Shown here one piece after another: positions 1 to 14,705 of a DNA stretch of 64,000 nucleotides. Position 1 is the first letter of the stretch; each line of letters opens with the position of its first letter. Location of the stretch: the NCBI GenBank assembly GCA_000182565.2, contig KQ257469.1; one strand, given 5' to 3'. The DNA comes from Spizellomyces punctatus DAOM BR117. Its lineage: Eukaryota. The position numbers and the translations under genes are program-made. The notes under the pieces are model-generated. The model saw only the letters and a list, made by a program, of their open reading frames with translations. It did not search any database and was not told where the DNA came from.

Positions 1-1089
1 CACGATCACCACCTCGAAGAAGACGACGCTCACCATCAGAGGATCGCGCTCCCCGGCGAAACAGGAGCCGAAGCCGGAGCCCGGACGATGGGAGAAGGAG
101 ACGTGGTACTCTATAGATCTGAAGCTTCTTTTTGTCGACCTTGTATTAACGCTCCTCCACACCTGCTTTAGATGATGGGAATCGTCGTGACCGGAGAAAT
201 GAAGGGCGTTTCGAAGGCGTGCCAGAATCGCAACGATATGGGTAAGAGGAGATCACATTGCACTGTCCCAAAGTGCCCTGTTTAAATGATTGCTACAACA
301 GAAAACAGGAACAAACAGAAAACAAGGAGGCCGTACCTACTATTCCAAAAGAGCAACCTAATTTTGAAGTTTCCGGCGCTTTAGCGGCCGAGCAGAATAC
401 GTATAAAGGTGTCGTACTGAAATACAGGTAAGATATGGACGTTTGATAGCTCGCTGTCTGTATACACAGCGTTAATCTTTGTACGGTATCCTCTCTTCAG
501 TGAACCTCCCGAGGCGCGGAAACCAAAGGGACGATATAGGCTGTATGTTTTCAAAGGAAAAGACCAAATAGGTTGGTGTATTTCTATTTCTTCAACTCGG
601 ATTCGATCGTGTCTCCTCATATCGATATAACCTTTTGTACAGATATGCTGCACATCCATCGTCAAAGCGCGTTTCTCATAGGGCGCGACCGACTGGTAAG
701 CCTGCAAGCTGGTTCTCTGAAGCCCATTGATAGTAACAGTGCGATGTCTCCAGGTTGCAGATATTCCCATAGATCACCCGTCCTGCTCCAAACAGCATGC
801 AGTGTTACAGTACCGTCAAATTGTTGACACAGATGCAATAGGACAAGGCACGCGGACAGTAAAGTGAGTCTAATTACGCCATTTCACCCCGACCAGTGTA
901 TTTACTTACAATAACCGTAGGCCTTACATCATTGATCTGGATGCGACAAACGGTACCTATATCAATGGTGATCGGATACCTGCATCACGATACGTGGAGC
1001 TCAAATTGGGAGATACATTAAAGTTTGGATTTAGCACTAGGGAATATGTGTTGATGAGCGAGGACCTAGTTGACGAGAAGGGAGCATAG
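1..1089 (+). CDS. SNIP1: FHA-domain RES-complex splicing factor, SNIP1/Pml1-like (5'-truncated, multi-exon)
   Basis: Spliced translation gives an RS-rich N-terminus, then EQPNFEVSGALAAEQNTYKGVVLKYSEPPEARKP, RLYVFKG, LIGRDR, DHPSCSKQHAVLQYR, PYIIDLDATNGTYING and KFGFSTREYVL; TAG at 1087-1089. Confidence 0.92.
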
Positions 1090-1333
1090 TCCGCGCGATC
1101 TACATTTATTTTGGGCGTTCCTGTAAATATGAGCTCGTTCGACGTGGTTCCACGGGCGCCATCATGTTCGCTTATCTTTCTCGGTACAGCGGGAAAGATC
1201 ATGTCAGTGTCATTGTCAGGTTAAAAACTGATCGACAAGGTATATTAGTTTATTAAATCAAAGTCCCAAATTACTACGATCGTTACAGCCGCACGCTCTC
1301 TTCGTCTTGTTGAGCGGTAAATTCCCGTCACAG

Positions 1334-2116
1334 TCATAGCTCCACTCCTGTGGGCGAGAACCTTCTCGCCACTCTCTTCATCGGTCGTTGCTCTTGCCGT
1401 CCCTGCCCCGTCCCCACTCCAGATCCAGCCGCACCTTCAACTAATCCATTCTTTGTTATGAACGCATTGGCCATGGCAGTAACCAACTCTACTCCACACT
1501 CTGATGCTTTACGTCGCATTTCCCAAACAGTTGATTCATTCAGTCGACCCACCATATCTTTCGCCACAAGATTCTTCAGTTCTTCTACATCAAATTCTTG
1601 TGCCAACCGATAAAGCTCCACCAGTAAACTTGGTGAAGTTGGTGGTATCTTTGGTCTTGTTACAGAATAGAGCAGTGTTTCCTCTCTAGGAGGGTCCTTT
1701 GGAAGGTCCGGTGGTGTTCCTGGTGGTAATGGTGGGACGTATTTATTGGTATAAAGATAGCCGAGGAAGGCTTCGAAAGAAGGGGGTGTGATAAAGGGCG
1801 GGAGGGACAGAGTTATGGGTCTAGGTGGTGGTGGTTCGGATACTGACAAGTGTGCGAATTGCCGTAACTGTCCGGCCAGGACCTGGCTGTGAAGAGAATT
1901 GTTACTTCCACGCTGACATGATGCAAAAAAGTGGAAGTTGAATTTCGCTCTCCACCATTCCCGCACACATGTTTTCTAGAAGCCAGCAGTGCAAAACACA
2001 TACTTTCCATACCTATGGGCAGTGAATATTTGTGGTCCAACCACAAAAACAACGTCCGTGTCTTCGCGAAAGCCTTCTCTTGTTCCGCCCAGTGCAGGCG
2101 GTGGTTGCGTCGTCAT
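1334..2116 (-). CDS. BTB/POZ-domain protein (2 exons)
   Basis: Exon 1 MTTQ...DTDVVFVVGPQIFTAH, then exon 2 QVLAGQLRQF...PPSFEAFLGYLYTNKY...LLVELYRLAQEFDVEELKNLV, a BTB-like pattern. Confidence 0.75.
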
Positions 2117-2337
2117 GCTCCCAAAGCACAATTTCCGAAGTGTGCGACACAACACCTGGCTAACGCGTCCAAGATATTCCAGAACGCGCGCAGTTTACCA
2201 ACTAGAACAAGAACGCCAACCTTGGAATACGTTATTGTTCACCAGTGCTACCAGTGCTGTTTCACGCAGCCAAAATGCCACGTCGACCTACGTACAGTAA
2301 GTTATCTTCAATGGTAAACTATTTATTTTAGATAATA

Positions 2338-4133
<1,796 letters not shown>

Positions 4134-4744
4134 TCGGACAAACTGGAGCAACGAGCGCTGGTGATGCAAATGCTACAAACCACACTGCTGACTGTCCGAG
4201 CTGACTCACAGACTGAGTGATGAGTCACGTAATGGAGGGCAAGGTCGATCGACCATATATTGGAATGCATAATGCTCCAAGGCTTCATATGAAAACTACA
4301 CAAATGTCTTTGGAATCATCTCAATGCTGACTGTCAGCAAATATTCAGTATCTTCATTTGGTTGGCAATCAGTCAGCCTGTATGGCAAAGAAAGCATTCA
4401 ACGGTTGTCAATGGGGTGGACACATTATCTTATTCTATTCAAGTACGCCATTATAGTAACTGGTGTGCTGAAGGCTCTCAGAATCGCAGCAGTTCTCAAA
4501 TAAGTCTCTGGCTCGCTGAAAGTAACAGCTGCCAACAGCGGCTGGTCGAACGGCGGGCGCGTCGCCCATCGCCTGATCCAACCAAAGAAACCCGCATGTT
4601 CAGCGCGTCGCACGATATGCCTCGCCCCGAGATCTGCAAACCACACATTCACAAAAACAGAACACTTGAGCCGCTTCTTGATCCACCTCCATTTTTAACA
4701 AACGACTCCAAGAACCCACACCCACACCACCGGCATTCGTAGAT

Positions 4745-6025
4745 ATGCTTTCAACGAACCCCCATGCGTTCGAAGTAACGGTCTCAGCACCCGTAAACAT
4801 CGCCGTCGTAAAGTACTGGGGAAAGCGAGACACATCCCTCCTACTTCCCACCAACTCTTCGCTGTCTCTTACGCTTTCTCAAGATGACCTCCGCTCGACG
4901 ACAACAGTACGAGCCGACCCGTCGTTCGAAAGAGATCGTTTATGGTTGAACGGGAAAGAAGAGGATGTAACAAAGAATAAGCGTATGGTGAATGTTGTAC
5001 GAGAGCTACGCGCCTTGAGACAGCGGATGGAACAAGACGATGCGTCATTAGAAAAACTCTCTGCCCAAAAACTTCACGTGTGTTCCCAAAACAACTTTCC
5101 AACGGCCGCAGGACTAGCTTCCAGCGCAAGCGGTTTCGCAGCTCTGACATTCGGTATCGCCCACGCAATAGGCGTAGCCGACAAGGTATCCAGATCCGAC
5201 CTATCCCGTCTCGCACGACTCGGATCCGGATCTGCCTGCAGGAGTTTATTTGGCGGGTTCGTCGCCTGGGAAATGGGTTCAAGACCAGATGGTGTCGACT
5301 CTGTCGCCGTCCAAGTAGCCGATGAATCCCATTGGCCAGATATGGAAGCCCTCGTTCTCGTAGCATCAGACGCCCGAAAGGACACTCCATCGACAGCAGG
5401 AATGCAATTAACCGTGGAGACCTCTGAACTACTCCAAGAGCGCATCCGTCAAGTGCCACAACGCATGCAAGATATGAAACAAGCAATCGCCAACAAAGAT
5501 TACGATGCATTCGCTGAGCTGACCATGATGGATTCGAATCAATTCCATGCAGTTTGTTTGGACACTTTTCCCCCAATTACGTACCTCAACGACGTCTCTC
5601 GAGCTGTCATCCACCTCATTACAGCCTACAACGCATTGTTCACTGGCGACGGAAGGAGTGGTCGTGGAAAGAAGGGGTATCGCGCGGCATATACATTTGA
5701 CGCAGGACCAAATGCTGTCTTGTACATTTTGAAGGAGCATGTTCCAGAGGTATTGGCCCTTGTCAACAGATTCTTTCCTCCACCAGAGGGGGAAGGTGAG
5801 AGGAAAGAGTACTTTGGACGGGCTGCAAATTTTATGGGATCCGAGAACGTCAAAGCTGTCGATGACATGGTTTCCAGAATTGGTATGAAACCGCTTGAAA
5901 GGGGGAGCTTGAGGAGAATCATAAGCACAAGTGTTGGTGATGGGCCAAGGATATTAGCTAGAGGATGGAACGCCCATGTTTCGCTTCTTGGCGAAGATGG
6001 ACTTCCCAAGACAGAGATTGCATAG
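4745..6025 (+). CDS. MVD1: Diphosphomevalonate decarboxylase (intronless)
   Basis: APVNIAVVKYWGKRD, NNFPTAAGLASSASG, GSGSACRSLFGG, AYTFDAGPNAV. Confidence 0.97.
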   Translation: MLSTNPHAFEVTVSAPVNIAVVKYWGKRDTSLLLPTNSSLSLTLSQDDLRSTTTVRADPSFERDRLWLNGKEEDVTKNKRMVNVVRELRALRQRMEQDDASLEKLSAQKLHVCSQNNFPTAAGLASSASGFAALTFGIAHAIGVADKVSRSDLSRLARLGSGSACRSLFGGFVAWEMGSRPDGVDSVAVQVADESHWPDMEALVLVASDARKDTPSTAGMQLTVETSELLQERIRQVPQRMQDMKQAIANKDYDAFAELTMMDSNQFHAVCLDTFPPITYLNDVSRAVIHLITAYNALFTGDGRSGRGKKGYRAAYTFDAGPNAVLYILKEHVPEVLALVNRFFPPPEGEGERKEYFGRAANFMGSENVKAVDDMVSRIGMKPLERGSLRRIISTSVGDGPRILARGWNAHVSLLGEDGLPKTEIA

Positions 6026-6281
6026 AACACCACAACGCAACCTAGAAATATGATTTAACGCTAGTTATTTCCACTTAATTCTGGCTGGTCGAGGTAGAAA
6101 GACAAACAAAAAGTATATATATAGTGAACGCTAGTGACAGCAATTACAAAGAGAAAAGGGTCCACAGAATCTGGACTATCAACAGATCACTACGGCAGAT
6201 TACGAGTATCGTACAAAATAAGGCAGCCACATGAAAGGCCCTTTTCCTCTCATTCATAGTCCCAGTCCCGAAACACTGGTC

Positions 6282-9200
6282 CTACTTTCGAGCTACAATG
6301 GCAATGATGATATTGGATACGCTGATGCCCCCTGTTATGACCAATAACGTCCAGGCCACCACGCGACCCCGGACAGGAAACCATGTAGGTATACTTCTGA
6401 ACGTGGGACTAATGTACTGGGGATGTACTGGAAGAGTGGCCTTGCGAAGTAAATCTGCTCCATCTGAAATATCTGTTGCATTGCTGCCCGTTGTTTCACG
6501 CCGTGAAGGCGCCGGACCAGGCTCCTCTCCTCCGTGGATAGGCTCCAGTGGAACATCCTGCGGTGCCATCATATCGCGCCCGTCCGCCGATTCTGCAACT
6601 CGAGTTAACGTATCCTTCCCCGGTCTTGTGTAGGATGCACCGGCTCTTGAGGGACTCGCGGCTCTCATGCTTTTCATCGCCCGTTTCAATGTTCCTCGTA
6701 CACCTCCCCCACCCTCCATGTCCCAGGATGGATGATGTGTTTCCCGTCTCGCAATTTTGTGTTCCAGATCGGGATCCGGAACATCATCTTTTAAATATTC
6801 TTCTGCACCGCCCACCTGCACCTGCTCAGTCGATAATCGCACGGCCGTCCATGGCCCTGCTGTGGATGCTGTGACGCCTCTCTGAATCTCCGAGGACGGG
6901 CGCATACCCTCCCCTGTTGGTGCGGTGGAAGCCGTAGTCACTGAGGCATCATCCATCGCTTCATAGTGAATGTTAGATGCTCTTGGAAGAGTCGCCGAGT
7001 CCTCATGTTCCTCCACTGGGTGCTCGTCAGGTAACGCCATCATCACCGACTTTTTCCGTCCAGAAGTCGTTCCTTTACTTCCTAGAGGGTTCTTGAGAAT
7101 TGAGCCGCTCGGTGATGGCATTGGTACTTGGACTGCAGCGGCATCTTCAGAGAGCGTTACAGCTATTGGTGGTGGTATGCTCAATGTTGGCAATACAATA
7201 TCGGAAGGTGCGGCGGTCTCAATTTCCAAGGGAGGAATGGCTCCACGCATTGATAGTTCCGACCGATCTCGAGGCAGTCGCCGTTCGCCGCCAGGGGCGA
7301 CAAGAGAGTCACGGACGGACTTTTCATCAATAAACTTGTGGATGGTTCTCGATGACCAGTGTATCTCTTTCAACAGCAGTTTTTGCTTTTCAGTGAGGAC
7401 TGAAAATATAAGATGTGAATAGCTTATCCCAGGCATGCATCCTTGCGTATCACATACTTCGACTTTCGTTGTACTCTCTTCGGAATCTTAGGCATTTCAG
7501 ATAAATAACAAAGGGGATAATGAAATTGGCAGTAGAGACGAAGAACAGGGAAGTCCAGTTAATGAAAGCCTGCATGGAATTTCCTGTTTGCAGCGGAATA
7601 CAGAGAAACCACGGAAGAACGTGCGCCAAAAAGATAGCCGTCCCTACAGGTAAACGGAGATTAGCGCATAGCTTATCCAAACACAAAAACCCTGAATCCA
7701 CTCACGTTTTCCGGCGACTTTGTTCTGCACCATGTTATTTTGAGCAACAATGAAATTTACCGGAATGGCAGGTAAAAGCATAACAATCGAAAAAAGGTAG
7801 GCGGACGCCTTGTTTAGCTTGCCGGATTTCATTAAAGTTGGAAGGATGTTTCCCGAACTATCAAGTTGGAATCCGAGAGCGGCTAGAGAGGTGCAAAAAA
7901 GTATCAGTTACGTGCTCGCGCGCATCCGAGATCTCGCAACTTACGGATGAGTCCAACCAGCATATAGAAAGCAGTTGCAATGGCGATTGCAGTCCATACA
8001 ACGCTCTGAGCGCTCACTGTTCGTTTCTATATGATGCCATCATCGTCAAAGCCCAACAAAGTGATGTTTGTTAATCGTGGAACCATACCTTAATATTCAC
8101 CCACGATGGAACGACCGTCGTACACGCCAAATTCAGCATGATAGTACCGACTACAGTGGCATAGTCGCTTCCAAATGCTGGAACTCTCGAGGGTTCTAAA
8201 CCCTGGTGAAAAGAGGCACCAATCCACTCAAGTCCAATCGCAATGGATAACCAAAAGGCAACTATCGCAAAGGACATTCTGTTAGGTATATCCATTTGTT
8301 CACGATAATTACCACTACCTATAACCTACTTATTTGGGCAATGATGTTATCGTCAAGGTTGACGATCCCCAGCGGAAAGGCAAATATGAGGACGAGCTGC
8401 AAATAAGGCAAAAGATGGTGAATGACAAAAAAAAAACTCAATTGTCACACTGACAAGGGTTAACCTACCAACAGTCCCACAGTAAAGAGCATCCAAGTAT
8501 CTCCAAATGGAGAAGGAAACTCTGTCGAATTACTCACCACGCAGAACCATCCACGATTTGGCCCACTTAAAGCCAATCCACAGGTCTTGCCGAATATATC
8601 GATTATCATGCTATCAAATGCCTACCATACAAACAAAGTTATGGGATTGGTCATAAAGCGTTTGGTATTAGGCTGTACCTCACCTGAGCCATAATCACAA
8701 TACCAGACATGGCATTCGATTGGAGTGCGCCGTAAAGCAGGAATTGTCCCAGATAATGGGCTAGATCTCCAAAATAAAAGTTGATCAGAGTCGCAAACTC
8801 TACAGTTCCCTACAAACCGTACGTTAGCATTTACAGTCCCTCAAGAGCTTTACAATAATAAGAATTCGGCGTACCTGAAAGTGTTTATTTCCCGGCACCG
8901 CTTGCATGGCCTCAATAATAAAGAGGATACTCAAAGCGGAGACCAGTCCAAATATTATAAAGAGGATCGTAGGGAAAAACCAGCCAGATTGTTGGAATGT
9001 AGCCGGAGTGAAAGGCACACCTTTGATATAAAATACAGGAGCGTCAACACATGCCAGCAATGCCAATGCATGTCTGCCGAGCTCTCACCAGGGCCAGTCA
9101 TTCCGTTGATAAGAAGACACACTCCGCCAAAGAAAGATATTGTTTTGGCCTTGAGGAGCTGTTTAGAGGGAAATATTGTGAGTTTCACTGCTGATCTTTC

Positions 9201-9306
9201 TTTGGTGATCTCGCCTTGCGGCCCAGTCGGATCTTACCTTCGAGATAGTAGTACGTCTGGCGGTCATCCCGCCAAGGGAAGCCAGCGTTCGCGACACAGT
9301 AGGCAT
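6282..9306 (-). CDS. Amino-acid transporter (AAAP/Aa_trans-like, multi-exon) with a long hydrophilic insertion before the last TM
   Basis: ISFFGGVCLLINGMTGPG, PATFQQSGWF, several hydrophobic exons, FINWTSLFFVSTANFIIPF, and a C-terminal TM VVAWTLLVITGGISVSNIIIAIV. Confidence 0.8.
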
Positions 9307-9872
9307 GGTCGCCGGGTATCCCCGTACGGGGAGGGCAAGTCGTTCAAAAAATAATGTGGAGATAAAAAGCAAACTCCAAAAGATCTTTCCTTTCGATACC
9401 AGCCGAAAGCTGGCAAGTGAGAGCGTATGAACTGCTAAGCCTCGTGTGGCAGAGTAGAGTAATCAACCGAACTTTAATCCTGCCGGGGCTTGTGGCTATG
9501 GTCGCCGTGAAAGTTTCAGAGGTCTTGCTGGTTGATTCAAGTGATGAAGATATGGATATTAAACGGTCTTCCCAAAGGCTATGCATCACGCAGGATACTT
9601 GATGTTGGACATGTAGTGTATTGTCATTGGAAACAGCAGGACAGGGACGCCCAACAGCTAGTAGTGCTTTCAACAATCAAAGGATTTGCATACTGAGTCC
9701 ACCTGCTTGTTGGTTAGCCAATATGAAAGAAAGCTTTGCTACAGATACAGGAATGCTTCAAACATGAACCGAATCACAATATTGACATACCAACACAAAA
9801 ATACGGATTTATATACCGAAAAGAAAAAACTGAACACAAAATATTTGTCCCAAAATGCACTTTTGCATGAAC

Positions 9873-10737
9873 TCAATCGACCAAATCCTCCACCCTGTTC
9901 CTAAAAACCTTCATACAACCCGCACACGGCTCTTTGTCAGCATCCAAAACAGCTGCACAGCACTCTGCCAAAACGTCCAACCCAATCACATGTTTACCGT
10001 GCGAAACAACATGCTCTTCAAGAGCCAACAAGTCCTTCTCAATATCCCTTCTGCATACCGCAGTGTGAACCAAGCTAGTGTGCTCCGGGTCCTCACTACG
10101 CTTATCCAAGTTCATATGAGTCGTTGCGTGCCTGCTTTCGACTCGTTCATCGCACCCCTTGATGGGGCAGGCCAGGTATGCTTTGCCAGCCTTGGTATCT
10201 TGTATAATTTTGAGGGTTGCTTCTTGTGCAAGGCGGGTAAAATTGTCTGGGACGACCGGGGCGGATTCTGGTTCGGCCGATTTAGCAGCAGCATTCGTAA
10301 GGTCCTCAGGCGTTTTTGTGCTGGTATCGTAGTAGTGAAAAATATGTTTGGTGCGGGGTTTGCGCACAGGTTTGCGACGAGGCCTTTTGGGACGGGGATG
10401 GTTTCTGTGGATTTTTGAGTGACGCTGAAGAGCATCAAAGCGGTTGAATCTGCCCATAAATACTCATGTTGTCAGACACGCAAATCGAGACAAAAACCTC
10501 ACCGGTCCGATAAGCTTACCCTCTGTCGCAAACAGTACACACAAACGGCTTCTCTCCAGAATGCACTAAGGCATGCCTCTGCAAATGCTCCAGCCTCCTG
10601 AACCACAGTCCGCAGTCTGAGCAGTGAAAGTGCCGGTCGGGTTCTTGCACCATACTACCCCGTCGAATGGTCTTGTCCCGTTCCTCTTCTTCATCAATCT
10701 CCTCGTAGTCCATCACCTTGTTGCTGAACGTAACCAT
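9873..10737 (-). CDS. C2H2 zinc-finger transcription factor (2 exons)
   Basis: FHCSDCGLWFRRLEHLQRHALVH, the SGEKPF linker, CTVCD...FNRFDALQRHSKIH, followed by a basic NLS-like stretch. Confidence 0.85.
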
Positions 10738-11312
10738 GTTTTTGTTCTGTGCTCTTTCTGGTCGCAGCCTAGTGCACCTGGCACTTCCCTCGACAGAAAG
10801 GTAAAAAAAAAAAAGATGTAACCACGAAGGTACTCGCTCCCCCCACTTGGAAGGTACACGAAGCTTTGTTACACAAAAGAACTCAGGAGCCAAATCACGT
10901 GAAAGGTTAGGTAATGGTGCGTGTGGAAGGACCGCCGAGGACTACAAGTGCGGGGAACTACCAACGTGCAGCCAAAATATTTTTAGAGTTGGGGAACCGA
11001 TCTTTATTTTTGCTTATCGCTCAAGAAATTCTTTGAACGTCGGAAGGGTGCACGGTAGTAGTCCCCAGAGATACGCTAACGCGCGATCTCATGCGGTCCC
11101 TTGCCGCGAATTTCAATAGCTAGTCGTCCATCAGTCAGTTCAAAGAATTGGAAACCTTTAGTCAATCATCTAATGGCATCAAAGATTCATTATGAATGTC
11201 CATCGGCCACAATAACCTCAACTATAAATTGGGCCATCCACATGAAAATAAGTAAAATATTGTTCAGTCACAGTCCGCTATCAAAGAATGCTATCATACT
11301 TGCTCTAAATGT

Positions 11313-13959
11313 CTATGTCGCTCCTTGGCCTAAATCTTGCAACTCAACTTTAAATTTCCCTTCCCTTTCTCCTTCCTTTACCACACCCAATTTTTCCAAT
11401 CCTATCCACGGATCCCGTCCCCCACCCCACCCTAGTAACTCCTTTCTAACAAGCTCACCACCCTCCTTCCAAGCCTGCTCATCGCGATCCGCGAACCACC
11501 TCCTCCAAATTCGATTCACCCATCGTCGGCTCCAAAAGTAACTGTAATAGGTGGCGCCGTAACTGAAGAGATGGGTAAATTGTACTTGCCAGGCTGAATT
11601 GGGTACGGGAGGGAAGACGTTGAAACGCTTTTGAGATTCAATTAATAGGGAAGTAGAGTCAAACGACGGCTCGAGGGCATGGGGGGAATGATACATCTGA
11701 TCTAATAGTGCCAGTTGGAGCTGATGTTGAGTTTCGAAGGCATCAGCCGAGGATGAGGTGGCTTGGGCAGAGCGTAGAAGGTCTGGTGGAAGGGGTGCGC
11801 CCGTTTTATGATGTCGACCAAATGTTGCTAAAACTTTTGGTGAACGAGCAAAGTTTTCCATAAAGATGGAAGGCACTTCTACAAAGTCCATAGGGACTCG
11901 TGTCCCTGCAATGTGCTGGAACTCTGTCCGGGCTAGCATGGCTGGAGGTAATAAAGTAGATGAGAATCATTGCCAAGCAACAATACGAGGGTCGACTCGC
12001 ATACTTACAATGCATGGCATGGCCCATTTCATGAAACAAAGTCTCCACCTCCCAAAGGCTCAACAGACTTGGATGATCGACGCCTAAAGGCTTTTTGAAT
12101 GCCGTGACAAGAACCACAATAGGTAACTGGTATCGCTTGACAAGTCCATCCTCCTGAATATCCTTTTCCGAATCACGAACCCGCATGATCCCGGACCGAA
12201 ACTCCGGGCCAAAATGTTCTTCATCATCAATCCGCCGCGAACATCTCACCGTGAAATGCGCCGCACTCTCATACTTGCGGCCTTCACCGGGACCTCGGCG
12301 AAAAAGGTCGCAATAGATTGTTCCAATTTTGCCTTCAGTCTCATGGACCACTTCCAGCTTCCGCACATCCTCGTGCCATACTTCACCCGGTGCTAACATC
12401 ACCGGTTCAAACGTCACCCCATACAGGGATTTGAACAGTCTCGATAATCCATCAAATGTTGACCCAACAGTGAAATAAGCAGATAAACCGTCAGTGCCGC
12501 CGCCAGCCACGGTCACTGGTGGCGAAGCATGGAAGGGATCAGCGCTACCAGGCTGGGCAGCAACTACGGCACTAGGAGATATGAACCGTGAATAGAAAAA
12601 GCGGTCCCATGGTTGAACCTCATGTGACGCATTGGGTCCCAAATGCACGCTTTTTAACTTGCGGAGCCGATCGAGATCGCTCTGAGCCTTTGGCTTGTGA
12701 AGATTGGATAGTGATTCCAGGAAAGCCATGACGTTCTCTGGCAGATGCTCAGTTACAAAGATAGTTTCAGGATACTCGATAGAGTCGCTGCATACCTGGA
12801 GTTTCAGCCATCTTGTCCACCAAATACATTTGAGCATAACTCTCTTTACCCAACAATCGCGCCAGTTCGCCTCGCTTTACCAACATCTCCTCAAGTACAT
12901 CCACTTGATACTTGCTCCCAGAATTCATTGCCAGATACATTCTCCTTCGGACATCCTCGTCGCGGGCCATTCGTAAAACTGCCAACGCAGCTGCCGATGA
13001 CGTTGGTATAATCGCGCGAGAGCCAGCGGTGACTGATGCAATGATGTTTTCTGGGACTCCTTGTAGTTTCTTCCCAGGGTCCTCAACCTCTATGCTGTCT
13101 ACTACCGGAAAAGCATTCATGACAACAGCTTGGCCGAGTTCGAGGATCCGATCTTGCAACTCGACAAAGCGTTTCCGGGTTGCAAATGGCATATGGATTC
13201 CCGACTTTTCAAAGTCGACAAGAAGGAGGTTGGCGACTCTTAATTCTTGTTCGGAGAACTGGGTGGATATCGTCGCATCTTGCACGACGCGCTTGAGAGT
13301 CTATACAGTCCTAGGATGAGACCACACCTCTAGATATCTCAGAAACCATTCGAGCAACCAACCTCATACAACCCCTGATGAGTATTCAGTTGATTCATAA
13401 AGTTGCTCAATATTCCGTGTGCATCATTTGCTGACCGGACAAAGCGGCCATCTGGATGCACATGCCGAATCAACTCTGCAGTGTCCACCACCGAGCACAA
13501 AATGTCAGACAACCGATCCAGCCTTTTGACCGTCTTTTTCATTTCGCTGATATTACCCTCCCGGGCAGCAGCGCACACTCTCTCTACAATTTGATTGACT
13601 TCATCGATTGCTGCCCGAGCGGCTCGAATGAAGCCCTCTGGACGGTCGAGAGCGGCGAATCCAAAGAGGCCGACATGGCGGTGCCGGCCTTGCGTTGGGC
13701 GCAAACGATTTTTGTGCCAGTACGATGGATCATCAAATATGAGCCGCAAAGAATCGTTGGTTTTGTTGGTACTGTGAGTGCTTGAAGTAGTTGTATAGGC
13801 ACTGGCAGGTTCGGGTGAGGAAGATGCAGATCTAGGATGATATTGCAATCGCCGCCTGTAGGATCTCAAAGCCGTGAATCTTGAAAGTGGACGACCTACA
13901 GTAGGAAGATGTCGGGCCCTTGCAAAGCAGCATAAGCCGCATATAAAGGGAGATCCCAT
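11313..13959 (-). CDS. OCT1: Mitochondrial intermediate peptidase (M3 family)
   Basis: Arg-rich presequence, LDRLSDILCSVVDTAELIRHVHPD, FEKSGIH, TLFHEMGHAMH (HExxH), DFVEVPS, QFTHLFSYGATYYSY. Confidence 0.95.
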
Positions 13960-14148
13960 CGCTGTTGCGTTCGTTCTAGAGTAAAGTGATGCGTCGGCAT
14001 GAATTAGAAATGCCTCGGCTGGGGGACGTTCTCGCCAGGTTAGATGGTTTGAAAGGTTGGAACCGCTGACTGACCTTGTCGGAGATTTCTGTAATCATTG
14101 GCGTGCGGGAGATCATTTGTATAGTATCGGTTATACTTCGCACCAAAA

Positions 14149-14696
14149 ATGCCAGACGACTGGAATTATCCTTCCCCCGGCGACTGGTTTGAGCCCGCTG
14201 CTATGAAGCGAGTGCATGATGAGATTAACAGCATCGTAGTGGAATTCCGTAAAGGTACCATCTGTTGTTGTTTGCTGTGGGCTATGAAAATGAAATCGTG
14301 TTCTATCGTGGAGGCAAGTCTAATGTATCTCATGTTAATCTAGATGTAACTGGCACGTTTGACCCGACGCGCCGCGAGACTTGGCTTAACAACCGTTCCA
14401 ACAAACGACAATTGTACCATATGTTGATATGTATCGGACAGCTTGTTAAATTTATAGAATGGGACCGTGATTTTTTGAATGATGCTGATAAGCATTGGGC
14501 ACGACGAGATTGGGTAGTTTGGTCGAGATGGTATAGACTAGTGAGAGATGAGATCTGTCATAATCCAGTCAAGGCATTCAGCAGTCCCGACTCAATCCAC
14601 ATGGAACGGCTGGGAACAACGCTCACCTCTGCAATCGAAAGTTGTGTCGAATGTCTACAGGAATTACTCGACCGCTTGAAATGTCTAAAAATATAG
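14149..14696 (+). CDS. Putative HEPN-domain (DUF86/HepT-like) ribonuclease, 152 aa, 2 exons
   Basis: Intron 14255-14343 joins two ORFs in frame. The product has LICIGQLVK and WSRWYRLVRDEICH (Rx4H at 14544-14561) in DUF86-like spacing. Confidence 0.55.
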
Positions 14697-14705
14697 TGTG
14701 ATACT

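Noticed and set aside
4745-6025. Intronless MVD1 as a possible retrogene or HGT
   Set aside because: The sequence is fungal-type, with no poly(A) remnant or target-site duplication seen.
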